DNA of 39,256 bases from Actinomycetota bacterium (GTDB taxonomy: Bacteria; Actinomycetota; Acidimicrobiia; IMCC26256; VFJJ01), in NCBI GenBank assembly GCA_009886115.1, contig VFJJ01000191.1, positions 1 to 39,256 of the forward strand. The letters run 5' to 3'. The stretch's first letter is position 1, and each line of letters starts with the position of its first letter. Under the pieces are notes generated by a model that was given only the letters and a program-made list of their open reading frames with translations, searched no databases and had not been told where the DNA came from. A program made the position numbers and the translations under genes. Below, piece by piece: positions 1 to 9,175 of the stretch.

Positions 1-439
1 AGGCCGACGCCAGGTCGTAGCCACCGGTCTCGGCCATGGGCCCCTCGGAGCCCCAGCCGGAGCCTCGCACGTAGACGATGCCCGGCGCGACGGCTCGCAC
101 GTCGTCGACATCGATTCGCAACTTGCGGCGCAACTGGGGCAGATAGCTCGTGAGGAACACGTCGGCATTGGCGGCCAGCTTGAGCAGCGTCTCCCGACCG
201 CCGGGGTTGGTGAGGTCGAGGGTGACGCTGCGCTTTCCCCGGTTCGGAACCTCGGTGAACGGGTTGGGGCCGTTGCTCGAGAGATTGAGCATGTTGGCCA
301 GGCCGCGCTGCGGATCGCCGGTGGGGGGCTCGATCTTGATGACGTCGGCGCCGAGATCGGCGAGCAACGCGCCCGCGGCGGGAACGAACGTCCATGCCGC
401 CACTTCCACGACACGAATGCCTTGCAGGGGAAGGTTCAT
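1..439 (-). CDS. CaiB/BaiF family (class III) CoA-transferase, N-terminal part; runs off the window start
   Basis: Not in the ORF track. Manual translation from ATG at 439 gives MNLPLQGIRVVEVAAWTFVPAAGALLADLGADVIKIEPPTGDPQRG...NRGKRSVTLDL, the class III CoA-transferase signature. GGAG RBS upstream. Confidence 0.93.
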   Translation of the reverse strand, partial: MNLPLQGIRVVEVAAWTFVPAAGALLADLGADVIKIEPPTGDPQRGLANMLNLSSNGPNPFTEVPNRGKRSVTLDLTNPGGRETLLKLAANADVFLTSYLPQLRRKLRIDVDDVRAVAPGIVYVRGSGWGSEGPMAETGGYDLASA

Positions 440-580
440 CGGTGCTCCAGGTTTGGGGTGTGGCCCGGGCCCTCGAGCTCGGCGGCGGGACATCAGGAGT
501 GCTCGCGGTCATGATCGCAGCACACCCGTCCAGGCGTCGAACGGCCCGAGGCCGTTCGGGCCGAACCGTGAGAGGGATCG

Positions 581-1558
581 ATGGCCGACCTCCCGAGCTA
601 CGCCGAGTTGTGTGAGCGCACCGACGGGCCCTCCGGCTCGTCCTGGGGACTCTGGGGTGCCGACGACGCGCTGGGTTGCCTCAACCTGCTGACGGCCGAA
701 CGCGCGGTCAGGGGCGCGGGCCTGGTGCGGCGAGGGCGAACGTTCTCCCTCAACCTCGATCTCGACCTGCCCGAGCCCCCGTTGTTCGGCCGGCGGGCTC
801 ATCGCCACGAGGTGACGTGGCTGGCCCACGACGTCGGCCACGACGACGAGCTGATCGACTGGAACCCGCAGCGCAGCACCCAGTGGGACGGCTTCCGTCA
901 CATCCGCAGCCTCCACCACGGCTTCTACAACGGCGTGGCCGACGAGACCCATGGCGTGCACCACTGGTCGCGCCGGGGTCTCGTGGGTCGGGGCGTGCTG
1001 GCCGACGTTGCTCGTCATCGAGAGCGCCTCGGCCGGCCGCTGCAGCCGGGCGCGCCCGACATCATCGAGCCCGATGACGTGCTCGAATGCCTTGTGGCGC
1101 AAGGGGTCGAGGTCGAGGTGGGCGACATCCTGCTCGTCAGGACGGGCTGGCTCGACTGGTATCGGGCCCTCGACGCCGGCGGGCGGGCTGCGGTGGCCGC
1201 AGGGAACCTCAGCGCCTGCGGGCTGAGGAACGGGACCGAGTGCGCGGCGATGCTCTGGGACCTCCACGTGGCAGCCGTGGCGGCCGACAATCCGGCGCTG
1301 GAGGTGTTGCCCACCACCACGGGCCTCAGCGCTGCGGCTCGCCAGGCCCTGTTCTCGGGCACGGCCGACACGCCCGTCCTGTTCCTGCACGGGAACCTGT
1401 TGGCGTTGCTGGGAATCCCGATCGGCGAGTTCTTCGATCTCGATGCCCTCGCCGCCGACTGCGCGGCCGACGGCGTCTACGAGTTCCTGTTCACGTCGGC
1501 GCCGCTCAACCTCGCGGGCGGCGTCGCGTCGCCACCCAACGCCCTGGCCGTGAAATAG
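581..1558 (+). CDS. Cyclase family (kynurenine formamidase-like) metal-dependent hydrolase
   Basis: WG..D.LG.LN N-terminus, STQWDGFRH, GDILLVRTGW, AADN, GEFFDL and GGVASPPNALA C-terminus. Confidence 0.88.
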   Translation: MADLPSYAELCERTDGPSGSSWGLWGADDALGCLNLLTAERAVRGAGLVRRGRTFSLNLDLDLPEPPLFGRRAHRHEVTWLAHDVGHDDELIDWNPQRSTQWDGFRHIRSLHHGFYNGVADETHGVHHWSRRGLVGRGVLADVARHRERLGRPLQPGAPDIIEPDDVLECLVAQGVEVEVGDILLVRTGWLDWYRALDAGGRAAVAAGNLSACGLRNGTECAAMLWDLHVAAVAADNPALEVLPTTTGLSAAARQALFSGTADTPVLFLHGNLLALLGIPIGEFFDLDALAADCAADGVYEFLFTSAPLNLAGGVASPPNALAVK

Positions 1559-1651
1559 CTGCGGTGCCTCGGCTCGACGCGGCCGGGCTCGGATCACCTG
1601 TGACGGCGTCGTGCCGGTTTGGCCGCGCACGACCATGACCGACGTCCCGCG

Positions 1652-2437
1652 TCACCGGAAGCGGGGTTGACGGTTCGGGGCGCGGGGTGGACGCTCGCCG
1701 GGCGGAGGGTTGCCGATGTGGGTGTACGCGAGGCCGTTCTGCAGCGCCATGAGGCGGGGCATGTCGATCGATTCCCAGATGGCGCGTACCGTGCCCTGCA
1801 CGGCTTCCGGGCGCCGGCTTGCGATGTCGGCGGCGATCTCGTGGGCCCGGTCCCACAGAGCGGCCCGTTCGACGACCTCGGTCACGAGGCCCAGCCGCAG
1901 CGCAGTGGGCGCCGTGATCCGTTCCTCGTTGCCCATCAAGGCCCAGCGCAGCACGTCGCCGAGGGGCACGCCCCGGTGCAACATGCCGATGGGCTCCAAC
2001 GCGGAGACGATGCCCCCGTTGGCGTGCGGGTCGAAGAACGTCGCGTCGTCGGAGCAGATGACGATGTCGGCCTCGTTCACGAAGTACTGGGCGCCGCCCG
2101 CGCACATCCCGTGGACGGCGGCGACGACCGGCTTCCAGACCTGATGGTGCTTGGGTCCGAGCTTCGTACCCGGGTCGGCCTGGTTCCACACGTTGAGGTG
2201 GCCCCACCACATGCCGCCCTTGATGTCGATGCCGGTGCAGAACGCCCGTTCACCGGCGGCGCGCAGCACGACAGCGTGCACGTCGTCGGTGTCGCGCACG
2301 ATTCCCCACGCCTCGGCCACCTCGGCGGTCATGCCTTCGGTGAAGGAGTTGAGCTGATCGGGCCGATTCAGCGTGATGGTGGCCACGTGATCGTCGCCGA
2401 TCTCGAAGATGATGTCCTCGAAGGTGGTTGCGCTCAT
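1652..2437 (-). CDS. Enoyl-CoA hydratase/isomerase (crotonase) family protein
   Basis: TITLNRPDQLNS, AFCTGID, KPVVAAVHGMCAGG. Start placed at ATG 2437 (MSATTFEDI). Confidence 0.9.
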   Translation of the reverse strand: MSATTFEDIIFEIGDDHVATITLNRPDQLNSFTEGMTAEVAEAWGIVRDTDDVHAVVLRAAGERAFCTGIDIKGGMWWGHLNVWNQADPGTKLGPKHHQVWKPVVAAVHGMCAGGAQYFVNEADIVICSDDATFFDPHANGGIVSALEPIGMLHRGVPLGDVLRWALMGNEERITAPTALRLGLVTEVVERAALWDRAHEIAADIASRRPEAVQGTVRAIWESIDMPRLMALQNGLAYTHIGNPPPGERPPRAPNRQPRFR

Positions 2438-2582
2438 TGGTCTCGTCCCGGGAGTGGTCGCCACGGTGGTCGGGTGGCGCAGGTCCGCACCCTACGCGGC
2501 CGAACGCTCGCCGAGCTGTGGCGCTGCCTGGTCGGCCGCAATACGTTGGCGGCGGAGACCGATACGCCATCACGGGGGACGG

Positions 2583-3434
2583 ATGCACGACAGCTACGGG
2601 CCGTTGAAGGTCGCGACCGATGGGTCCATTGTGATCGTCACGATCGACCACCCGCCGACGAACCTGGTCGACGGCCCGTTCATCATGGCGTTGCTGGCGC
2701 TGCTCGACGCGCTGGCCGCGCTCGCGGCCGAGTCCGACGTGAGGGTCGTGGTGTTCCGCAGCGCTGACCCCGACTTCTTCCTCATGCACGGCGACGTCGA
2801 GTCGCTGCTCGGGATCCCCGTTCACGACCACGAGACGGCCACGGTGCCCAACGTCGCGGCGGCGGCCCTCCAGCGCATCACGGCCGCACCCTTTCTCAGC
2901 ATCGGGATGATCGACGGCGCCGCCCGGGGCGGCGGGGCCGAGTTCCTGTCTGCGCTCGACCTGCGGTACGGCTCGCCGCGGGCGGTGATCGGCCAGCCCG
3001 AGGTGGCCATGGGCATCCTCCCGGGCGCCGGCGGCTCCACCCGTCTCCCTCGGATCATCGGACGGGGTCCGGCGCTCGAGCTGATCCTCACCGGGCGCGA
3101 CGTCGATGCAACCGAGGCCCGGGCCCTCGGTTGGCTCGATGCCCTGGTGCCGGCAGAGTCGCTCGAAACCCGCGTGATGGCCGTGGCTCGTCGGGTCGCG
3201 GCCATGCCGGCGGCGTCGATCGCCGCAGCCAAGGAGGTCGTCGACGCGTCCCTCGGCGATCCGACACCGGCGCTGACGATGGAGACCGATCACCTGGGGC
3301 GCCTCACCGCGGCCGGTGCCCACCTGGCGCCCATGCAAGCGTTCATGGCCGCCGGAGGCCAGACCCGAGCGGGAGAGACGACCCGGATGGCCGAGATCGT
3401 CGACGCCATGCTCGCCAGCCCCGGGCCCGAGTGA
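2583..3434 (+). CDS. Enoyl-CoA hydratase/isomerase family protein
   Basis: IDHPPTNL, ARGGGAEF, GQPEVAMGILPGAGGSTRLPR. Start at ATG 2583 after GGGGGA. Confidence 0.9.
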   Translation: MHDSYGPLKVATDGSIVIVTIDHPPTNLVDGPFIMALLALLDALAALAAESDVRVVVFRSADPDFFLMHGDVESLLGIPVHDHETATVPNVAAAALQRITAAPFLSIGMIDGAARGGGAEFLSALDLRYGSPRAVIGQPEVAMGILPGAGGSTRLPRIIGRGPALELILTGRDVDATEARALGWLDALVPAESLETRVMAVARRVAAMPAASIAAAKEVVDASLGDPTPALTMETDHLGRLTAAGAHLAPMQAFMAAGGQTRAGETTRMAEIVDAMLASPGPE

Positions 3435-3440
3435 CCCGTC

Positions 3441-4247
3441 CTACATCGGCTTCCAGATCGGATCGCGCTTCTCGCGAAACGCTGCGGCGGCTTCGGTCAT
3501 GTTCCCTGTGAACGTGCCCAGCACCTGGGTCCGGTTCTCGAGCTCGATGGCATGGCGCAGGCTGGGGGCGTCGAGGTTGGCCCACAGCCCCACCTTGGTC
3601 ATCGAGACGCCGAACTCACTGTTGGCGATGATCATCTCGGCCAGTTCGAGAGCCGTCTCCACAAGGACGTCGCGTTCGACCACCCGGTTGAGCAAGCCGA
3701 TCCGGTGTGCTTCGTCGGCACCGAACCGTCGACCGGTGAGCATCAGCTCGGCGGCCATGGTGGGTCCCACCAGGCGGGGGAGGAGGTAGCTCGTCCCCAC
3801 ATCGCAGCTCGAGAGGCCCACACGAATGAACTGGGATGCGAAGAACGCGTCGGGACTGGCGACGCGTAGGTCGCTCGCCAGCGCCAGGGCCAGACCGCCG
3901 CCCACGGCCGCTCCGTGCACGGCGGCGATCACCGGCGCGGGCAGCTCACGCACTGCGAGCATGAGCTCGGCCAGGTGCTCCTGCATGACCTGGACCAGGC
4001 CGACGGGGCCCCGATCCCGAGCTTCCGCGGGGAGCTCCTCGTCGGCCGCGAGGTTGGCACCGGCGCAGAACCCCCGCCCGGATCCGGTGAGCACCACGGC
4101 GCGCACCGCCCGATCGGCCTTGACCTCGCGGAGTGCGTCCCGAAGCTGGTGCACCATGGCCGAGCTGAGCGCGTTGTACCGCTGGGGGTCGTTCATCGTG
4201 AGCTGCGTGATGCCCGGCCGTGCCTGGGTGACGTCGACCAATCTCAT
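3441..4247 (-). CDS. Enoyl-CoA hydratase/isomerase family protein
   Basis: GFCAGANL, PVIAAVHGAAVGGGLALALASDLR, AFREKRDP C-terminus. Start overlaps the upstream gene's stop (ATGA). Confidence 0.92.
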   Translation of the reverse strand: MRLVDVTQARPGITQLTMNDPQRYNALSSAMVHQLRDALREVKADRAVRAVVLTGSGRGFCAGANLAADEELPAEARDRGPVGLVQVMQEHLAELMLAVRELPAPVIAAVHGAAVGGGLALALASDLRVASPDAFFASQFIRVGLSSCDVGTSYLLPRLVGPTMAAELMLTGRRFGADEAHRIGLLNRVVERDVLVETALELAEMIIANSEFGVSMTKVGLWANLDAPSLRHAIELENRTQVLGTFTGNMTEAAAAFREKRDPIWKPM

Positions 4248-5929
4248 GCGTCGCTCCTGGCTTGGTGGGCTCGGACGAGTTGGAACACGCTGACGCGGAG
4301 TTGCCAGCCGGGGGTCACCAGGTGACCGTCGAGGTCGAGGATCTCGACGACGATCTCGGGCTCGGCACTCGGGAGCTCGGCTCGAAGCAGGCGCGTCTCC
4401 TGGAGGGCGACGAGCTGATCGCCGAGGACCCGATCACCTGCGCTCACCCTCACCCGGAAAGGCTGCCCGTCTCCGACGACCGCGTAGTACCGGAACAGCA
4501 ACACGGTGTCGGAGTCCCGCAGCCCGAGCTGCACCCGGCTCCGGGCGTTGAGGTTGACGAGCGAGATCGCCCCGTTGGCCTCGTCGTTGACGAGCCAGTC
4601 CTCGGGCGGGAACCAGGTGGCCAGCCGGTCGCGGTGCTCGGGGCGGAACACGTCGGGCAGCAAGGTCGCCGTGAGCCGACCGGCGCCGGAGTGGGAGCCG
4701 TCGGCTTCGGTCCAGAGCCCGCCGGCGCGCTCGGTCATGGGGCGGCGGAAGCGATCCGGGGGCGTCGCAGCGACCGGGCGTCGGCTCGTGCGGGAGGACC
4801 GGACCCAGCGCAGCCTTCGGCGGCGCTCGCTCGGGGCGCTCGGGGCGCTCGGGGCCGCGTCGGTGGTGTCGGTCAGGGCCACCGGGGCCCGGCGAACGAC
4901 GGCGCTGACGCTGGCGCCGAACAGATCGGCCAGGACGCGGTCGCTCGGGGGCGCATCGTCGTCGAGACTGGCGCCGTCGGGTCGGCGGATCGAGCTCAAC
5001 GTCGACGCCACCGCCCGAGCGACGGCGTGGACCTCGCCCACGGTCGGCAGCTCGTAGCCGAGCAGATGCTCGAGCGCTCCAAGGTGCGGGCGTGCATCGT
5101 CGACGGCGTCGGCGAGGAGATCGAAGACCGCGCCCTGCAATGCATCTCCACGCTCTTCGAGCGCCAGGATCCGATGCTCGAAGTCGCCCACCTGTTGGGT
5201 GTTCGTGAGGTGCAGCTCCTCGATGGTCCCGTGTCGGGTGAACTCGGTGCGGAACAAGTCGAGTGGGATCCGATCGTTCTCGGTCATCCCGAAGAGCTCC
5301 TCGGGCCGCGAACCCCAAAAGGGTGACGAGATCGTGGGCAGGAGACCGTGGCCGTCGAGGTAGGTCTCGAACGGTGTGAAGGCATCGGATCGGTTGCTGC
5401 GAAAGGCGTAGAAGCAGCAGATGCGCCTGACGGGCTCGTCGTGGACGATCACGATCCCCCCTGGAGCGGTGACGCGAAACAGTTCCCGGAGGACTCGTTC
5501 GGGCTGCCAGGTGTGGTGGACCGCGGTGGCGATGAACACCACGTCGAAGTATCCGGTCGAGAACGGGAGATCGAGGAAATCGGCGACCACGGCCGTGGCG
5601 CCCGGGTGTCGCCCGGCGAGCCGAGCGGCGGCCAGGCCCTCGATGAGCGAGGTGGGGGCGATGTCGGTGACGACGCACTCGGCGCCATCGTCCGAGGCCA
5701 GCGCGTGCAGCGAGTGGTGCCGGTAGGCCGCGACCTCGAGGACGCGCAGACCCTCGACGGCCCGGCCGGGGAGATGGCTGGCGATCGCGCTGCGGACAGC
5801 CTGGAGGTGGGCGTCGCTCTGGGCGTCGACCGTGGTGTCGTTGGTGACGGTGTGCCACGCGAGCTCGCCGAGCTGCGGGGCGTGGAGGTCGAGGGCGTGG
5901 GAAGCGGGGGCGGCGGCGTCGATGGGCAC
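4244..5929 (-). CDS. Class I SAM-dependent methyltransferase-domain protein with a long C-terminal region of unknown function
   Basis: VVADFLDLPFSTGYFDVVF...HH...PERVLRELFRVTAPGG (Methyltransf_11-like). Start uncertain; GTG 5929 chosen because the ORF-track extension to 6196 overlaps the acuI-like gene in antisense. Confidence 0.7.
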   Translation of the reverse strand: MPIDAAAPASHALDLHAPQLGELAWHTVTNDTTVDAQSDAHLQAVRSAIASHLPGRAVEGLRVLEVAAYRHHSLHALASDDGAECVVTDIAPTSLIEGLAAARLAGRHPGATAVVADFLDLPFSTGYFDVVFIATAVHHTWQPERVLRELFRVTAPGGIVIVHDEPVRRICCFYAFRSNRSDAFTPFETYLDGHGLLPTISSPFWGSRPEELFGMTENDRIPLDLFRTEFTRHGTIEELHLTNTQQVGDFEHRILALEERGDALQGAVFDLLADAVDDARPHLGALEHLLGYELPTVGEVHAVARAVASTLSSIRRPDGASLDDDAPPSDRVLADLFGASVSAVVRRAPVALTDTTDAAPSAPSAPSERRRRLRWVRSSRTSRRPVAATPPDRFRRPMTERAGGLWTEADGSHSGAGRLTATLLPDVFRPEHRDRLATWFPPEDWLVNDEANGAISLVNLNARSRVQLGLRDSDTVLLFRYYAVVGDGQPFRVRVSAGDRVLGDQLVALQETRLLRAELPSAEPEIVVEILDLDGHLVTPGWQLRVSVFQLVRAHQARSDA

Positions 5930-6071
5930 GACGCTAGTGCTACCGGCCGTCACCGAACGAGGGTGCTCTGGCGCCGCGCTTCCGGAGTGGTGCTCGAAGG
6001 GGAGATCCGATCGGGGCACGGATATCGTCTCGACAACCGGCTGCGCTGACGCCGATGACGAGGAGCCGTTC

Positions 6072-7052
6072 ATGTTCCGTGCCCTGTTGCTCACCAAGGA
6101 CGACGAGGGGACGGTCGCCTCGACCGTCACCGACCTCGACGATTCGGCGCTCCCCGAGGGCGACGCCACGGTGGCCGTCGAGTATTCGACCGTCAACTAC
6201 AAGGACGGGCTGGCGCTCAAGAACCTCAACGGGGTCGTGCGCACCTGGCCCATGGTTCCAGGGATCGACTTCGCCGGCACCGTGATCGAGGCCCCCGGTC
6301 TCGCTGCGGGTAGCAGAGTGGTTCTCAATGGCTGGGGCGTTGGCGAGTCGCACTGGGGCGGGTTCGCCCAGCGGGCCCGGGTGAAGGCTGGCTGGCTCAC
6401 ACCGCTGCCGGATGCCATCTCGACCAAGCGGGCCATGGCGATCGGGACGGCCGGGTTCACGTCGATGCTGTGTGTCCTGGCGTTGGAAGCCCACGGGAGT
6501 AGGCCCGGCGACGGCCCGGTGATCGTCACCGGCGCCTCGGGCGGCGTGGGTTCCACCGCAGTGGCCATCCTTGCCACGTTGGGGTACGAGGTGCACGCAT
6601 CGACGGGTCGCCCGAACGAGTCCGAGTATCTCAAGGGCCTCGGGGCCACGACGATCATCCCCCGCGACGAGCTCACCGGCTCGCCGCGGATGCTGGGCAA
6701 GGTGCGTTGGGCAGCGGGCATCGACGCCGTTGGCAGTACGACCCTGGCCAACGTGCTCTCGATGGTGCGCGACGACGGTTGTGTGGCTGCGTGTGGTCTG
6801 GCCCAGGGCATGGACCTGCCGACATCGGTGGCGCCGTTCATCCTGCGTGGCGTCACGCTGGCCGGTGTGAACTCCGTGACCCGTACGGCCGAGCAGCGCA
6901 CCGTGGCCTGGGAGCGGCTCGCCACCGATCTGCCGTTCGAGAAGCTCGACGCCATGACCACCACGGCCGGTCTCGCCGACCTGCCGCGACTGGCCGAGGA
7001 GATCCTTGCCGGCCAGGTGCGCGGCCGGGTCGTCATCGACGTCAACGTCTGA
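6072..7052 (+). CDS. acuI: AcuI/YhdH-family NADPH-dependent acryloyl-CoA reductase (MDR superfamily)
   Basis: YSTVNYKDGLA, PGIDFAG, AMAIGTAGFT, VTGASGGVGS, PFILRGV, GQVRGRVVID. AGGAG RBS before ATG 6072. Confidence 0.9.
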   Translation: MFRALLLTKDDEGTVASTVTDLDDSALPEGDATVAVEYSTVNYKDGLALKNLNGVVRTWPMVPGIDFAGTVIEAPGLAAGSRVVLNGWGVGESHWGGFAQRARVKAGWLTPLPDAISTKRAMAIGTAGFTSMLCVLALEAHGSRPGDGPVIVTGASGGVGSTAVAILATLGYEVHASTGRPNESEYLKGLGATTIIPRDELTGSPRMLGKVRWAAGIDAVGSTTLANVLSMVRDDGCVAACGLAQGMDLPTSVAPFILRGVTLAGVNSVTRTAEQRTVAWERLATDLPFEKLDAMTTTAGLADLPRLAEEILAGQVRGRVVIDVNV

Positions 7053-7055
7053 GCG

Positions 7056-7111
7056 CGCCCCCAGGCCCCAGGCCGGCCGCCCCCAGGCCCCAGGCCGGCC
7101 GCCCCCAGGCC
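7056..7111. repeat. Tandem repeat, 22-bp unit CGCCCCCAGGCCCCAGGCCGGC x about 2.5
   Basis: Units read directly at 7056-7077 and 7078-7099, partial at 7100-7111. Confidence 0.9.
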
Positions 7112-7161
7112 GAAATTTGTGCAGAAATCGTCGCCTGGCGACGATTTCTGCACAAATTTCG
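7111..7161. repeat. Perfect inverted repeat with 25-bp arms and 1-nt spacer; REP-like palindrome or bidirectional terminator between convergent genes
   Basis: CGAAATTTGTGCAGAAATCGTCGCC-T-GGCGACGATTTCTGCACAAATTTCG; the arms are exact reverse complements. Confidence 0.92.
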
Positions 7162-7195
7162 AGGGGATGGAGGGGGATGGAGGGGGATGGGGGGG
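7162..7195. repeat. Tandem repeat AG(4-5)ATGG x3 plus a G-run
   Basis: aggggatgg agggggatgg agggggatgg ggggg read directly. Confidence 0.85.
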
Positions 7196-7197
7196 CG

Positions 7198-8052
7198 CTA
7201 CGCCTTGTAGGGGACGGCTTTCAGGTAGCCGCCGGCGTCGACGCGCATCTGCATGCCGGTCACGTACCGGGCCTCGTCGGACGCCAGGAAGAGCACGACG
7301 TTGCTGATGTCGATGGGCTCCACATAGCCGATGGGCATGGCGTTCATGGCCGGGAAGGCCAGCTCGGCGTCCTCGCGTGTGGGGTTCTCGACGTCGGGTC
7401 GGAAGATCCGGTACATGGGGCCGCTCTGGAGCATGGGGGTGTTGACGTTGGTGGGGTGCACGGCATTGGCCCGGATGCTGTACGGCGCGAGCTGGAGCGC
7501 CAGGTCGTTGATGTACGCGCCGACCATCCGCTTGGCGAACCCGTAGCCCGCGCCACCGGGGCCGGCTGGTCCCGCGTCGACCGTGTTGGGGAGAAAGGCT
7601 GCCAGCGACCCGGTGGCGATGATCGAGGCGCCGGCCTTCAGGTAGCCAACCGTGGCGCTGATGGTGTTGATGACCCCGGTGAGGTTGACGTCGACGGCGT
7701 CGATGAACGCCTGCGGCGCCTCGGGCCCGAGCGGGCAGATGGCGGCGTTGGCGACGACGATGTCGAGGCGGCCCAGCTCGGCCACGCCGGCGGCTACGGC
7801 CGCGCCGACCGCAGAGCGGTCGCGCACGTCGACCTGCGTGGTGATCACGCGGCGGTCGAGCGCCTCGATCAGACGGGCCGTCTCGGCGAGGTCTTCGGGA
7901 CGTGACAGTGGGTACTTGTTGCTGGCGATGTCCTCGCAGATGTCGACGGCGATGATGTCGGCCCCCTCGGAGGCCAGGAGCAGGGCGTGACTGCGACCCT
8001 GCCCGCGAGCGGCGCCGGTGACGAATGCGACCTTGCCATCTACTCGACCCAC
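7198..8052 (-). CDS. Mycofactocin-coupled-type SDR oxidoreductase (carveol dehydrogenase-like)
   Basis: VTGAARGQGRSHA, the ADIIAVDICEDI...YPLS..EDL insertion, YGFAK, HPTNVNTPM, FLASDEARYVTG. Confidence 0.88.
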   Translation of the reverse strand: MGRVDGKVAFVTGAARGQGRSHALLLASEGADIIAVDICEDIASNKYPLSRPEDLAETARLIEALDRRVITTQVDVRDRSAVGAAVAAGVAELGRLDIVVANAAICPLGPEAPQAFIDAVDVNLTGVINTISATVGYLKAGASIIATGSLAAFLPNTVDAGPAGPGGAGYGFAKRMVGAYINDLALQLAPYSIRANAVHPTNVNTPMLQSGPMYRIFRPDVENPTREDAELAFPAMNAMPIGYVEPIDISNVVLFLASDEARYVTGMQMRVDAGGYLKAVPYKA

Positions 8053-8217
8053 GGTGCGAGCTCCTTGTCGGTGTGCGTGCCTGTGTCCCGCTGTGTTCGT
8101 GCTGGTGGACGGTGCTCGTGTCTCGGTGGCAGCTTGCCACAGGGTCGTGGGACGCTTCGATCCCGCGCGCTGGTCAGCACGCGGTGGAACGTCATCGACT
8201 CGGGAGGCGCCAAGCCC

Positions 8218-9123
8218 ATGGGATTTCTGGAAGATCGAGCCGGTCTGGCCGGCAGGACGGCGCTCGTCACCGGCGGTGGAGGAGGGTTGGGCGCGGCGAT
8301 CGCGCTCGACCTGGCCCGGGCCGGTGTCGATCTCGCGCTGTGCGATCGCGACGAGCCCGCGCTCGAACGCACCGTGGCCGAGGCCCGCGAGCTCGGCGTC
8401 ACGGTGATCTCACGGGCCCTCGACGTGCGCGACCCCGAGGCGCTGGGCCGGTTCTTCGCAGCCTTCGACGAAACGTTCGGGCGGCTCGACATCCTCGTCA
8501 ACGTCGTCGGCGGCACGTTCAGGGCCGACTTCATCGACACGAATCCCAAGGGGTGGGACGCCATCATCCGGACGAACTTCATGCACGTGCTCCACGCCAC
8601 CCAGATGGCCGCGGTCCGCATGAGGGCCGCGGGGCGGGGCGGGTCGATCATCAACCTCACGTCGATCGAGGCGCATCGGGCCGTGCCCGGGTTCGCGGTG
8701 TACGGAGCGATGAAGGCGGGGATCGCCAGCCTGGCCCGCAGCTTGGCCCTCGAGCTCGGGCCCGACGGCATCCGGGTCAACAACATCGCGCCCGACATCA
8801 CACCCACCGAGGGAATGGTGGGGATCAGGGCGCTCGACGGGACATCGGTCGAGGTTCCGACTGGCGACGACGCCCGGACCGCACTCGGCGATCGTGTGGC
8901 GATCCCCATGGGGCGCAAGGGAAAGCTGACCGATGTCGGGAACTGCGCGCTGTTCCTGGCTTCTGACCTGTCGGCGTACGTCACCGGCACGACGCTGCAT
9001 CCCGACGGCGGGGCGATGGCCTCGGCGGGCTGGTTCAACTGGCCCGGTGAGGGCTACCGCAACACCCTTCCCGAGCCGGTTCTCGACGACCTGTACGCCG
9101 CGGAGCGATCCCGCGAGTCCTGA
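8218..9123 (+). CDS. SDR family NAD(P)-dependent oxidoreductase
   Basis: VTGGGGGLG, LDILVNVVG, YGAMK, GIRVNNIAP, FLASDLSAYVTG. GGAGG before ATG 8218. Confidence 0.9.
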   Translation: MGFLEDRAGLAGRTALVTGGGGGLGAAIALDLARAGVDLALCDRDEPALERTVAEARELGVTVISRALDVRDPEALGRFFAAFDETFGRLDILVNVVGGTFRADFIDTNPKGWDAIIRTNFMHVLHATQMAAVRMRAAGRGGSIINLTSIEAHRAVPGFAVYGAMKAGIASLARSLALELGPDGIRVNNIAPDITPTEGMVGIRALDGTSVEVPTGDDARTALGDRVAIPMGRKGKLTDVGNCALFLASDLSAYVTGTTLHPDGGAMASAGWFNWPGEGYRNTLPEPVLDDLYAAERSRES

Positions 9124-9175
9124 GCCGCTCGGTCACGACACGGTTCGACGCTGGACTCGCCGCCCGAGCGCCAGG

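Noticed and set aside
5930..6196. Methyltransferase ORF extension overlapping the acuI-like gene; both strands read VEYST
   Set aside because: Caused by a short near-palindrome (gtcgagtattcgac) inside acuI; chance open frame.
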